In this document: positions 1 to 7,331 of the stretch, piece by piece | Layout: each line of letters starts with the position of its first letter | Numbering within the stretch: the first letter of the stretch is position 1 | IMG/VR virus record: IMGVR_UViG_3300021256_000093 | Length of the DNA stretch: 20,000 nt | Origin: an uncultured virus (IMG/VR IMGVR_UViG_3300021256_000093) | Taxonomy: Duplodnaviria; Heunggongvirae; Uroviricota; Caudoviricetes | Strand: one strand, 5' to 3' | The notes under the pieces: generated by a model | Told to the model about the DNA's origin: nothing | The model's input: only the letters and a program-made list of their open reading frames with translations | Databases searched by the model: none | Translations under genes and position numbers: made by a program

Positions 1-401
1 CCAGTCAAGTCAAATAAATTAAATGTTATAATATACTTAAGATTTTTGATTCTAAAATATTCTAATTTAATATCATCATTATTTGACTTACTAGTATCAT
101 ATTTAGAATCCCATTCTATATAATCTTTAGGTTCTATATCAAAATGTTCAAATGTATCATATTCAAAATGTGCATCTGAAATACTTTTACTATTTACACC
201 AAAAAGTTTATGTGATTTAGTATCAGAAGATGGCAATTCATTAAGCCATTTATCATCTAAATAAATTTGAATATCTGACTCACTATATGTTTCAGGAGCT
301 TGTATAATAAGTTCATCTGGCTGTACAAAATATGTCGCAATTACTTCAGTTAATCGATATATGTCTACAGCTTCAATAATAAATTGTTGTAATGATTTCA
401 T
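1..401 (-). CDS. Hypothetical acidic protein with CTS-like N-terminal leader (3' end runs off the window)
   Basis: Not in the ORF track. Hand translation from ATG at 401-399 is open to position 1 (133 codons): MKSLQQFIIEAVDIYRLTEVIATYFVQPDELIIQAPETYSESDIQIYLDDKWLNELP... Confidence 0.85.
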   Translation of the reverse strand, partial: MKSLQQFIIEAVDIYRLTEVIATYFVQPDELIIQAPETYSESDIQIYLDDKWLNELPSSDTKSHKLFGVNSKSISDAHFEYDTFEHFDIEPKDYIEWDSKYDTSKSNNDDIKLEYFRIKNLKYIITFNLFDLT

Positions 402-419
402 AACGTATAATATATATCT

Positions 420-432
420 TATATAAAAATAA
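420..432 (-). promoter_or_regulatory. Putative late-type promoter motif TTATTTTTATATA
   Basis: The same 13-mer occurs at 4128-4140 (-). It ends about 20 nt upstream of the ATG at 401. It overlaps a terminator U-tract, so function is inferred. Confidence 0.4.
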
Positions 433-460
433 AAAAACTAATCAAATATTGATTAGCTTT
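431..460 (-). terminator. Intrinsic terminator
   Basis: Stem ctaatcaa (438-445) / ttgattag (449-456), 3-nt loop. The A-run at 431-437 gives a U-tract on the minus strand, downstream of 486..893. Confidence 0.7.
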
Positions 461-485
461 TATAATTAAAAATTTTAAATATAAT

Positions 486-893
486 TTAAACTTTTCGATA
501 CATTTTTTCTCTAATGTTAAAATCTGTTTTAGAACCTTTATTTTCTACAAATCCAAATTTTTTATAAAACTTTTGTAATCTAGAAACTGAAGAAGCTCCA
601 AATGATTTATCTGGAGTCAAACAAATTATCTTCCCATACATATCTGCCCATCTGCATAGGTCTCTCATAAATATACTACCATATCCATTTCCTTTATCAT
701 TCATAATAATTTTATCTAATGTAATATAATCATCATTATCATTTAAAGTCTTAGATATAGTTAACTCTTTTAAATTATATTTTTCTTTTAAGCTATCAGT
801 AGCAAATATAACTTTACTATTATTCAAACCATTTAAAAATTCAAATAGTTCATTAGATAATGCTTCAATAATATAACTATTTAATGTTTTCAT
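486..893 (-). CDS. GNAT-family N-acetyltransferase with CTS-like leader
   Basis: Motif A-like KGNGYGSIFMRDLCRWAD and C-terminal LQKFYKKFGF typical of GNATs. N-terminus MKTLNSYIIEA. Confidence 0.8.
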   Translation of the reverse strand: MKTLNSYIIEALSNELFEFLNGLNNSKVIFATDSLKEKYNLKELTISKTLNDNDDYITLDKIIMNDKGNGYGSIFMRDLCRWADMYGKIICLTPDKSFGASSVSRLQKFYKKFGFVENKGSKTDFNIREKMYRKV

Positions 894-895
894 AT

Positions 896-1669
896 TTATT
901 TAAACTTATTATATGCTGCTGCTAATTTCTGGTCATATTTATTTGCTTTATATCCTGAGCCATTATATCGATATGCTATTTGTGCCCAGTTCTTTTGTTG
1001 CATATAAGGTACAATACCTTTTGCTTTAATGAACTTAATAAATGAATAAAAATGAGTATCTTCAGATTTGCATAATGCTTGGTAGAATTCTTTAGCTGAA
1101 TTATATCCACATACCTTATAGTTAAGACCCATTATTTGGAACATACCATAAGAAGCAGATTCATATGCTGCAGCTTCATTAATCTTAATTGCTTTTTGAA
1201 GACGTGCATATTCACCTGAATTCTTACCAGTGTAATGGGATTTAGTCCATTTAGGATAAAGAATATCTTCATTACCTTTTACATATTTATTAGGGTCAAT
1301 TTTACGTGCTTGTAATTGCTTCCAAAATACATGACCTTCAAATAACATTGTAGGTATACCATTTTGCATAGCCACACCGCCACATTCTACTGTCTTAACT
1401 GCTTTCAATACTGCAACTTCAACATTAAGTTCAACAGCTGCTTTAATATAGTCGGCATCTGTTAATTTATTTGATTTTAAATCATTTTCAATTAACTTTA
1501 GCCATGTTTTAGGACCTACAATTCCATCAGCTAATAATCCATGGTCAGTTTGCCATTTCTTAACTGCTTCTGTAGTCTTAGGACCCCATACACCATCTTG
1601 AGTAACACCCATATATTTTTGGAGTAACTTAACATCTCCACCTTTAGAACCTTGTTTAATAGTATTCAT
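896..1669 (-). CDS. Modular endolysin: N-terminal peptidoglycan-binding domain (PG_binding_1) plus N-acetylmuramidase (DUF3380/Gp110-like)
   Basis: IKQGSKGGDVKLLQ..DGVWGPKT..AVKKWQ..GL.ADGIVGPKTW (PG-binding). AVKTVEC, LFEGHVF, ASYGMFQIMGLNY and YNGSGYKANKYDQKLAAAY (muramidase motifs). Confidence 0.9.
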   Translation of the reverse strand: MNTIKQGSKGGDVKLLQKYMGVTQDGVWGPKTTEAVKKWQTDHGLLADGIVGPKTWLKLIENDLKSNKLTDADYIKAAVELNVEVAVLKAVKTVECGGVAMQNGIPTMLFEGHVFWKQLQARKIDPNKYVKGNEDILYPKWTKSHYTGKNSGEYARLQKAIKINEAAAYESASYGMFQIMGLNYKVCGYNSAKEFYQALCKSEDTHFYSFIKFIKAKGIVPYMQQKNWAQIAYRYNGSGYKANKYDQKLAAAYNKFK

Positions 1670-1677
1670 AATATTTT

Positions 1678-2181
1678 CTAATTTAATTCTTTATTTATAT
1701 TTTGCGCGGAATATAACTTATAATCATTATTTGGATAACTAATATTTAAAAAATACATTTTATCTTTATGCTTGAAATATAGGTCATCTTTAGTAAATAT
1801 ATTATTATCTCGATATCCATGATAATCAATATCTACATTTATATAAAATACAGGATTATTGTTATTATCTACAATGATAATATTCCCATATTCTTTAACT
1901 TCATCTGATCCAAAATTTCTACGTTGAAATGGCAAACTCTTAATTTTTATTTTACTATTTCTTTCATATTCAAATATTGATATTGCTTTTAATTTAGATA
2001 ACTGTGTATTTTGCTTATTAAAATTACGTGCTAAATCATCTATAGTTGTTGAAGTCGCAGCTAAACGAGAACAATTAATACCATTCATTAATTGTTCAAT
2101 AACTTTAATAATTTGATATGATACAGAAGTATTTTTATTGATTTCAAATTTTTCAGATATAATAGATTTTAAAGATTTCAT
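1678..2181 (-). CDS. Hypothetical protein, 'MKSL..I.EKFEINKNT' leader family
   Basis: 167-aa ORF with N-terminus MKSLKSIISEKFEINKNTS; abuts the upstream gene; TAG stop. Confidence 0.75.
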   Translation of the reverse strand: MKSLKSIISEKFEINKNTSVSYQIIKVIEQLMNGINCSRLAATSTTIDDLARNFNKQNTQLSKLKAISIFEYERNSKIKIKSLPFQRRNFGSDEVKEYGNIIIVDNNNNPVFYINVDIDYHGYRDNNIFTKDDLYFKHKDKMYFLNISYPNNDYKLYSAQNINKELN

Positions 2182-2622
2182 TTAGTTTTTTACATCAATA
2201 TATTTCTTTCTATAGTCTACCCAATCATCCCAATACATTTTACTACCATCCATAGTAATATTATATTTACTTATTTTTGCTGATTTAAAATTAACTAATA
2301 TTGAACAAGCAGGTACTGAATATTTTTTTATAAATTTATATACATTAGTAGATGTCCTTATAAATTCTGTAGTACTAAAATTATAATTATAATAAGTATT
2401 TAATATTTCTGCAATATCTTTATAATTAACTTGAGTACGCTGAACATTGAATGTACCTAATCTAGCTCCCTCTTTATATGAACGATTCTTATATATAGAT
2501 ATATATGTTGCACGTATTATATCCTTCAGCATATCTTCATTAGTATCATCAAAACGAGTAAATGCTTTTGTATTATTACTTATTTCAAATTTTTCTATAA
2601 TATAATTAACTAGTAATTTCAT
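2182..2622 (-). CDS. Hypothetical protein, same leader family
   Basis: 146-aa ORF with N-terminus MKLLVNYIIEKFEISNNTK. Confidence 0.75.
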   Translation of the reverse strand: MKLLVNYIIEKFEISNNTKAFTRFDDTNEDMLKDIIRATYISIYKNRSYKEGARLGTFNVQRTQVNYKDIAEILNTYYNYNFSTTEFIRTSTNVYKFIKKYSVPACSILVNFKSAKISKYNITMDGSKMYWDDWVDYRKKYIDVKN

Positions 2623-2639
2623 CTTTAATATAAGTATAT

Positions 2640-3116
2640 TTATAATACATATCTTTCTACCTCATCTTTATATAAAAGTATATATGCGTCAAGTACAGTT
2701 AATTTAGAATCTAATAAAATATATATTGTAAATAGTGCATCATTAGAAATTAAATGACATAATTTTAATTTGTACTGTTCATTTTCTAAATCAAAATTGT
2801 ATTCACTTTTCTTTGTTCTCTTAAGTAATTCATCAGGTAGCTCAATTATATCATTATTTATAAATTTATATGTATGGTCTGGTAAATGATATATATTTTC
2901 TTTAAAATTCCATCTTGCAAAACATTTTGTTTTTAATGATTTGCCATGTCGTAATAATGTTGTCTTTTTAAATGATTCAAATTTTTCACCAGAAAAATTA
3001 TATTTAATATGTAAAAAATTAAGCCATTCATCAAACATCATATAACCTTTATGATTATATGTTGTATTCTTATTTAACTCAAATTTTTCTAATATACTAG
3101 TCTTTAGCGATTTCAT
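2640..3116 (-). CDS. Hypothetical protein, same leader family
   Basis: 158-aa ORF with N-terminus MKSLKTSILEKFELNKNTT. Confidence 0.75.
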   Translation of the reverse strand: MKSLKTSILEKFELNKNTTYNHKGYMMFDEWLNFLHIKYNFSGEKFESFKKTTLLRHGKSLKTKCFARWNFKENIYHLPDHTYKFINNDIIELPDELLKRTKKSEYNFDLENEQYKLKLCHLISNDALFTIYILLDSKLTVLDAYILLYKDEVERYVL

Positions 3117-3369
3117 TCTTTTTTAAAATTGCTTTGAATATATTTTTTGAATCTAAATTAACTTTATATTGTTGTTTCAATAATGATTTTTTAGATTCAT
3201 CACCATACCATCCAACAGGTTTAACAATATATTTAGTATCTGTTATATCTATAATTTCTCCAATTACAGTTATTTTAGTTGTCTTATATATAACATAATC
3301 GCCTGTATTCAATTCAGAACCAAGTGAATCATAGTTAGCTTCTTGAATATAAGTTAAAATATCTTTCAT
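3097..3369 (-). CDS. Small beta-rich (SH3/KOW-like) protein with CTS-like leader
   Basis: MKDILTYIQEA leader. DSLGSELNTGDYVIY..GEIIDIT is a pattern typical of small phage SH3-like barrels. Confidence 0.65.
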   Translation of the reverse strand: MKDILTYIQEANYDSLGSELNTGDYVIYKTTKITVIGEIIDITDTKYIVKPVGWYGDESKKSLLKQQYKVNLDSKNIFKAILKKNEIAKD

Positions 3370-3375
3370 ATATAA

Positions 3376-3969
3376 TTAAAACTTATCTATTTCTTTTCTT
3401 CCTGCAACTAAGTCATCTAAGAAATCTTGTAATAATTGTAAATGCTCTTCTTCGTCAGCAAGTATTTCTTTACATTTTTTCTGTGTTGTCCAATCTTTTG
3501 ATAATGAAGCTATTTCTACTAATTCTCTATAAGTTGAAATTGCATCTTTTTCATTACTAATATTAGTAAATAATGTTTCTTCTAAAGGAATAACTATATC
3601 ATCAGAACCTTCAACACCACTTTCTTTAGTATACTTATGTTCCCATCTTGGTGAGCGATATGTATGTGTTGCAGTTAACCATGACGCCGGACTTGCAGTA
3701 ATATCTTCAATAGTACCACCGAGTTCATTAATACGTTTCATAAGCCAATATGCATGGTCCTCTAATTCATCTTTAGCAGTTTCTTCATATAGCTTAACTA
3801 CATCAGGTCTTTGTGAGCCTACTAAAAATTCTTTAACAATTATATATCCATACCATGCATTTAATTCTTCTTTAAGTGCATTTTTTAATTTTTCAATAAT
3901 AAGTCTTTTTGATTCTGAATCTAACCATTCATCAGCATATGCTTCATTAATTTGCTTAAGTGTTTTCAT
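3376..3969 (-). CDS. Ferritin-like / DPS-like (DpsL-type) four-helix-bundle protein with CTS-like leader
   Basis: ALKEELNAWYGY, HAYWLMKRINELGG, NEKDAISTYREL, KDWTT and ILADEEEH match the DpsL/bacterioferritin pattern (as recalled for Bacteroides DpsL). N-terminus MKTLKQINEA. Confidence 0.85.
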   Translation of the reverse strand: MKTLKQINEAYADEWLDSESKRLIIEKLKNALKEELNAWYGYIIVKEFLVGSQRPDVVKLYEETAKDELEDHAYWLMKRINELGGTIEDITASPASWLTATHTYRSPRWEHKYTKESGVEGSDDIVIPLEETLFTNISNEKDAISTYRELVEIASLSKDWTTQKKCKEILADEEEHLQLLQDFLDDLVAGRKEIDKF

Positions 3970-3974
3970 ATATA

Positions 3975-4103
3975 TTATTCATTAATAATTTTATCTTCTT
4001 GTTTTTTAAATTTATTAATAATCTTACTAAAAAATTCTTTAATTTGTTCAGTATATCTACCACAAAGATATCCAGCTATAAAAAATATTATACTTTCTAT
4101 CAT
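3975..4103 (-). CDS. 42-aa small membrane-anchored protein
   Basis: Not in the track. Hand translation MIESIIFFIAGYLCGRYTEQIKEFFSKIINKFKKQEDKIINE*; fills the gap between the promoter motif and the DpsL gene. Confidence 0.65.
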   Translation of the reverse strand: MIESIIFFIAGYLCGRYTEQIKEFFSKIINKFKKQEDKIINE

Positions 4104-4127
4104 AATATTAAAATATATATTTATCTA

Positions 4128-4140
4128 TATATAAAAATAA
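4128..4140 (-). promoter_or_regulatory. Putative late-type promoter motif TTATTTTTATATA
   Basis: Identical to 420-432. It heads the 4103-486 gene run. Confidence 0.4.
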
Positions 4141-4172
4141 AAAACTTAAGACAATTACTTATCTTAAGTTTT
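4133..4172 (-). terminator. Intrinsic terminator
   Basis: Inverted repeat aaaacttaaga (4141-4151) / tcttaagtttt (4162-4172), followed on the minus strand by a U-rich tract; downstream of 4214..4468. Confidence 0.7.
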
Positions 4173-4213
4173 ATCATAAATAATTATATTAAGAAATATG
4201 AAAAATGAATATA

Positions 4214-4468
4214 TTATGGTAATATATTTTTTTCATAATTAGGAATATCCTCACTCTTATATACTATATCATACTCATCAGAATGCTCATGAAGATAATC
4301 TGCCATTGCTGATTCAATAGTATGCTCATGAAAAGTCATACCAATCATAATAGTCCTAATAGCTTGCATCATATCTTCTCCAGTAACATCATCATAAGGA
4401 ACTTCCCAAACAACCTTACGGTCATTTTGTTCAAGAGTCAATCGAGTAAATTTATCTGTATTATTCAT
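4214..4468 (-). CDS. Hypothetical protein
   Basis: 84-aa acidic ORF, co-oriented with its neighbours. Confidence 0.7.
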   Translation of the reverse strand: MNNTDKFTRLTLEQNDRKVVWEVPYDDVTGEDMMQAIRTIMIGMTFHEHTIESAMADYLHEHSDEYDIVYKSEDIPNYEKNILP

Positions 4469-4592
4469 ATTTATAAAATTTAAATGTATAAGATGTCGGT
4501 GTTTCTTTAATTAATTCAAATGATGTATCGCGTTGTTCTCGCTTAATCAATTCTTTTAAAATTTCTTCTGTTGAATACTTTGATATCATCAT
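4461..4592 (-). CDS. 43-aa hypothetical protein
   Basis: Not in the track. MMISKYSTEEILKELIKREQRDTSFELIKETPTSYTFKFYKYE*; fills the gap with an 8-nt overlap with the next gene. Confidence 0.6.
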   Translation of the reverse strand: MMISKYSTEEILKELIKREQRDTSFELIKETPTSYTFKFYKYE

Positions 4593-4600
4593 ATTTTATA

Positions 4601-4804
4601 TTAAAATAATTTTTTAAATAACTTACAGATAACATATATAGGCCAAAACAATATTAAACAAATCCAATACATAAATAACATATTTGACTCTAATGTATCT
4701 GTTTCTAATAAATCATCATGTATAGGTTTTATATAATTAAACCAATCATAAATACCTATTAATATTCCAATAATTAAATATATATAAAATAGAATTTCAG
4801 CCAT
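4601..4804 (-). CDS. Small two-TM membrane protein
   Basis: Two hydrophobic stretches (ILFYIYLIIGILIGIY; MLFMYWICLILFWPIYVIC) and a basic tail. Confidence 0.7.
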   Translation of the reverse strand: MAEILFYIYLIIGILIGIYDWFNYIKPIHDDLLETDTLESNMLFMYWICLILFWPIYVICKLFKKLF

Positions 4805-4805
4805 A

Positions 4806-4925
4806 TTATTTATATAAATCTTTAAATATTTTCAAATATTGGCATTCTTTACATTTACTATTATTTGGAGTGCATCTTATATGACAATATCTTAAATTAA
4901 CTATGTATTCAGCATTGGTAATCAT
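4806..4925 (-). CDS. 39-aa Cys-rich peptide (CX3CX6CX2C)
   Basis: Not in the track. MITNAEYIVNLRYCHIRCTPNNSKCKECQYLKIFKDLYK*; its stop is 1 nt before the next ATG. Confidence 0.55.
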   Translation of the reverse strand: MITNAEYIVNLRYCHIRCTPNNSKCKECQYLKIFKDLYK

Positions 4926-5133
4926 ACAATTCTTCCATCATGTCTTTTTTAAGTTGTTTTCTAACTTTAGTTTGACCAGCTTTACGAATTTTTCCAGCAT
5001 TACGTTTACGAGATCCTCCATAAGGTTTATCATCATTTTCAAAATAATGAGTAGGATAAACCATTCCTTGTTTATAATTATGAGGCATTGATTCCTCTAA
5101 TAATCGTTTACCTGTTGCCATATTAATATCCAA
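4909..5133 (-). CDS. Small protein with basic C-terminal half
   Basis: 74-aa ORF with Arg/Lys-rich GSRKRNAGKIRKAGQTKVRKQLKK; start may be Met1 or Met5. Confidence 0.65.
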   Translation of the reverse strand: MDINMATGKRLLEESMPHNYKQGMVYPTHYFENDDKPYGGSRKRNAGKIRKAGQTKVRKQLKKDMMEELYDYQC

Positions 5134-5812
5134 TATCTTCTTTCATAATATCAAATTCATCAGTATAAGTTTTATTATATCCATTAAACCATTTATAATA
5201 GAATTCAATTATCTTACGTTTCCATTTCTTAGGTGAATATTTTTGAATAGTATTATAATGATTAAATGCCCATTTATAATTATCAATTTTGTCAATAGGA
5301 ATCCACTTTACAGATTCAACTTCATTTTCTTCTCCACCTTCTTTATTTACATAATGCGGAATAATCTTACCTAGAAATGCGATATGACGAATTGTTACGT
5401 TTCCATTATTACATTCTTTAGGATTTGTTTCTGTATATACTTCTCGTAAATCATCTGTATCAATTTGGAATCCACATTCTTCTAAAGTTTCTCTTGCAAT
5501 TCCTTCTTTAGCACTTTCATATCTTTCAAGGTACCCACAAATAGCATTCCAACAACCTTGATAATCAGGTGTACCAGAACCACGAAGATTTGCTAAGATA
5601 GAGTATTTACCATTAACAATAGCATATATAAATCCAGATACTGCACAAAACCTTCCAGAATATACTATTTTAGGATCTCCTGTACATGCATACCTTTGTG
5701 CTTGTGTCTTTTTTGAAATTACTTTATTTACTACTTCAGGTTTCCATGCATAATATGGAAAATTTCTACCATACTTTTCCAAGTTATCTTCATTAGGTCT
5801 TGTAAAAATCAT
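5123..5812 (-). CDS. Nudix hydrolase
   Basis: Nudix box GYLERYESAKEGIARETLEECGF (GX5EX7REUXEEXGU) and WAFNH. Start moved to the ATG at 5812 (MIFTRP...) because 5813-5885 carries promoter motifs. Confidence 0.88.
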   Translation of the reverse strand: MIFTRPNEDNLEKYGRNFPYYAWKPEVVNKVISKKTQAQRYACTGDPKIVYSGRFCAVSGFIYAIVNGKYSILANLRGSGTPDYQGCWNAICGYLERYESAKEGIARETLEECGFQIDTDDLREVYTETNPKECNNGNVTIRHIAFLGKIIPHYVNKEGGEENEVESVKWIPIDKIDNYKWAFNHYNTIQKYSPKKWKRKIIEFYYKWFNGYNKTYTDEFDIMKEDIGY

Positions 5813-5831
5813 ATGAACTAAATTTATTAAG

Positions 5832-5854
5832 TTATTTTTAATTATATATAAATA
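5832..5854 (+). promoter_or_regulatory. Putative late-type promoter TTATTTTTAATTATATA...TATAAATA
   Basis: The 17-mer ttatttttaattatata is identical at 12588-12604. TATAAATA (T4 late consensus) at 5847-5854. Confidence 0.45.
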
Positions 5855-5879
5855 TAGGAACACTATTTAAATTATTTAA
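5851..5879 (-). promoter_or_regulatory. Putative sigma70-like promoter TTAAAT-N17-TATATT
   Basis: One mismatch from the TTGAAT-N17-TATATT copies at 8209-8237 and 12547-12575; upstream of the Nudix operon. Confidence 0.5.
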
Positions 5880-5885
5880 TATTAT

Positions 5886-6362
5886 ATGAAATCTATCGAT
5901 AATTATATTTTAGAAAAATTTGAATTGAATAAGAATACAAAGATTGACCCAAAATCATATATTATTCATAATAGTACATTTATATGTAATTCAGCAAAAA
6001 GTGATTTAAATAATTTATTAGAAAAAGAAAATATAGATTTATTAATAGTAGATAAATCTAAAGATAAAATACTTAATTTTATATATAGTAATTTTAAAGA
6101 TACATTAGGTAAATTTTATATTTATAAAGATGATGAAGAACAAAATCGTATTTCAAATAAGATACAGCAAGCAATAGCATATTATCGTAAATTTACAAGT
6201 GAACAATTAAATAATGATGATTTATGGTTATCTACATTATCACAAAATAATAATCAGGTAGGAAGACTATTAATGATAAAATATAAAGATAAATGTTCTG
6301 AAATGTTTATCGTCCCAAATAGTAATAATAGTAAATTAATATATTGGATTATTAAATTATAA
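5886..6362 (+). CDS. Hypothetical protein, 'MKS...ILEKFELNKNT' leader family
   Basis: 158-aa ORF with N-terminus MKSIDNYILEKFELNKNTK. Confidence 0.75.
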   Translation: MKSIDNYILEKFELNKNTKIDPKSYIIHNSTFICNSAKSDLNNLLEKENIDLLIVDKSKDKILNFIYSNFKDTLGKFYIYKDDEEQNRISNKIQQAIAYYRKFTSEQLNNDDLWLSTLSQNNNQVGRLLMIKYKDKCSEMFIVPNSNNSKLIYWIIKL

Positions 6363-6390
6363 AAAAAGGAAGCTTTAAAGCTTCCTTTAA
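6361..6390. terminator. Terminator between convergent genes (probably bidirectional)
   Basis: Perfect 24-nt palindrome aaaggaagctttaaagcttccttt (6365-6388) with an A-run on the left. Confidence 0.8.
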
Positions 6391-6669
6391 TTATTCAATA
6401 ATATCAATTAAGTTTTCAACAAGAAATGACCTCCACCCGTTTGCATCCATATCAAAATATCGGATTTGATTTTCTGGAATTGGTCGTCCTATTCCTGATG
6501 GCTCATTTTCTTTTCCATAAATAAAGGAATTCAATGTACCTTTTGCTTCACGAACAGATCCATCCTTTTTGTTATACTTAAACTTAACCGTACGCTTGTG
6601 TAATTCCTTTTTAAGTATATTAGCTAATTCTACTTTCTGATTGTCAATTTGTTCGATTACTTGTTCCAT
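6391..6669 (-). CDS. WYL_2 / DUF2693 SH3-like beta-barrel protein
   Basis: VKFKYNKKDGSVREAKGTL ... YFDMDANGWRSFLVENL is the family signature. Confidence 0.8.
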   Translation of the reverse strand: MEQVIEQIDNQKVELANILKKELHKRTVKFKYNKKDGSVREAKGTLNSFIYGKENEPSGIGRPIPENQIRYFDMDANGWRSFLVENLIDIIE

Positions 6670-6692
6670 ATTACCAATTATTTTTTAAATTA

Positions 6693-7307
6693 TTACCAAC
6701 CATTTTTTAAATTCATATCTCCGAATTTCTGTCCAAACTTTGCAATCTCTTCTTTAGAATAATTACAGAATAGATAATCAATTTTTTCCTCATTCATTTT
6801 GTACAATACATATTGGAAACAATCAAGTATCATATAAGATTCACGAGGAGTTATCTTAACATTTTCAGATTCTTGTTCATATTCATCGTTTAAATTATAT
6901 TTATTTATAATATCTTCATAAATTTCCAATTCATAAGTTCCACCATTATAGAAAGATATTGCAAATTCAAATTCATCTTTTGATAATCGATTATGAATAT
7001 CAATATCACCATCATCTAAATCATGATGTTCATGTTCAAGATATTTAATAAGAAGGCGTTCAGCATTTGGATTATAATTATATGAATTGGGAAGATAACG
7101 TTTATATGTAATCATATTATATTCATGACTATATTTATCATCGTTGAATAGTTCATTATCTTCTAAATATTCAATCTTGCCTGTTTCTTCATTTATATCA
7201 AGTTCAATTCTTTCTTCAAGATTATTGTCCTTAATATATTTTTTAATAGCTTCATCTCCACGAGCAACTATTTTAAATTTACCTTTATGAAATTCTGTAT
7301 AACTCAT
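6693..7307 (-). CDS. Hypothetical acidic protein
   Basis: 204-aa ORF with no motif recognised. Confidence 0.75.
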   Translation of the reverse strand: MSYTEFHKGKFKIVARGDEAIKKYIKDNNLEERIELDINEETGKIEYLEDNELFNDDKYSHEYNMITYKRYLPNSYNYNPNAERLLIKYLEHEHHDLDDGDIDIHNRLSKDEFEFAISFYNGGTYELEIYEDIINKYNLNDEYEQESENVKITPRESYMILDCFQYVLYKMNEEKIDYLFCNYSKEEIAKFGQKFGDMNLKNGW

Positions 7308-7331
7308 GTATTAAAAATTATATTTATTGTA

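Noticed and set aside
3952..4208. Plus-strand ORFs 3952..4134 and 3960..4208
   Set aside because: Low-complexity antisense frames overlapping the 42-aa minus-strand ORF, the promoter motif and the terminator.
4903..5091. Plus-strand 62-aa ORF
   Set aside because: Antisense shadow of 4909..5133 within a minus-strand operon.
5813..5863. Longer Nudix start given in the ORF track
   Set aside because: The extension covers AT-rich promoter motifs and uses a non-ATG start; the ATG at 5812 is more plausible.
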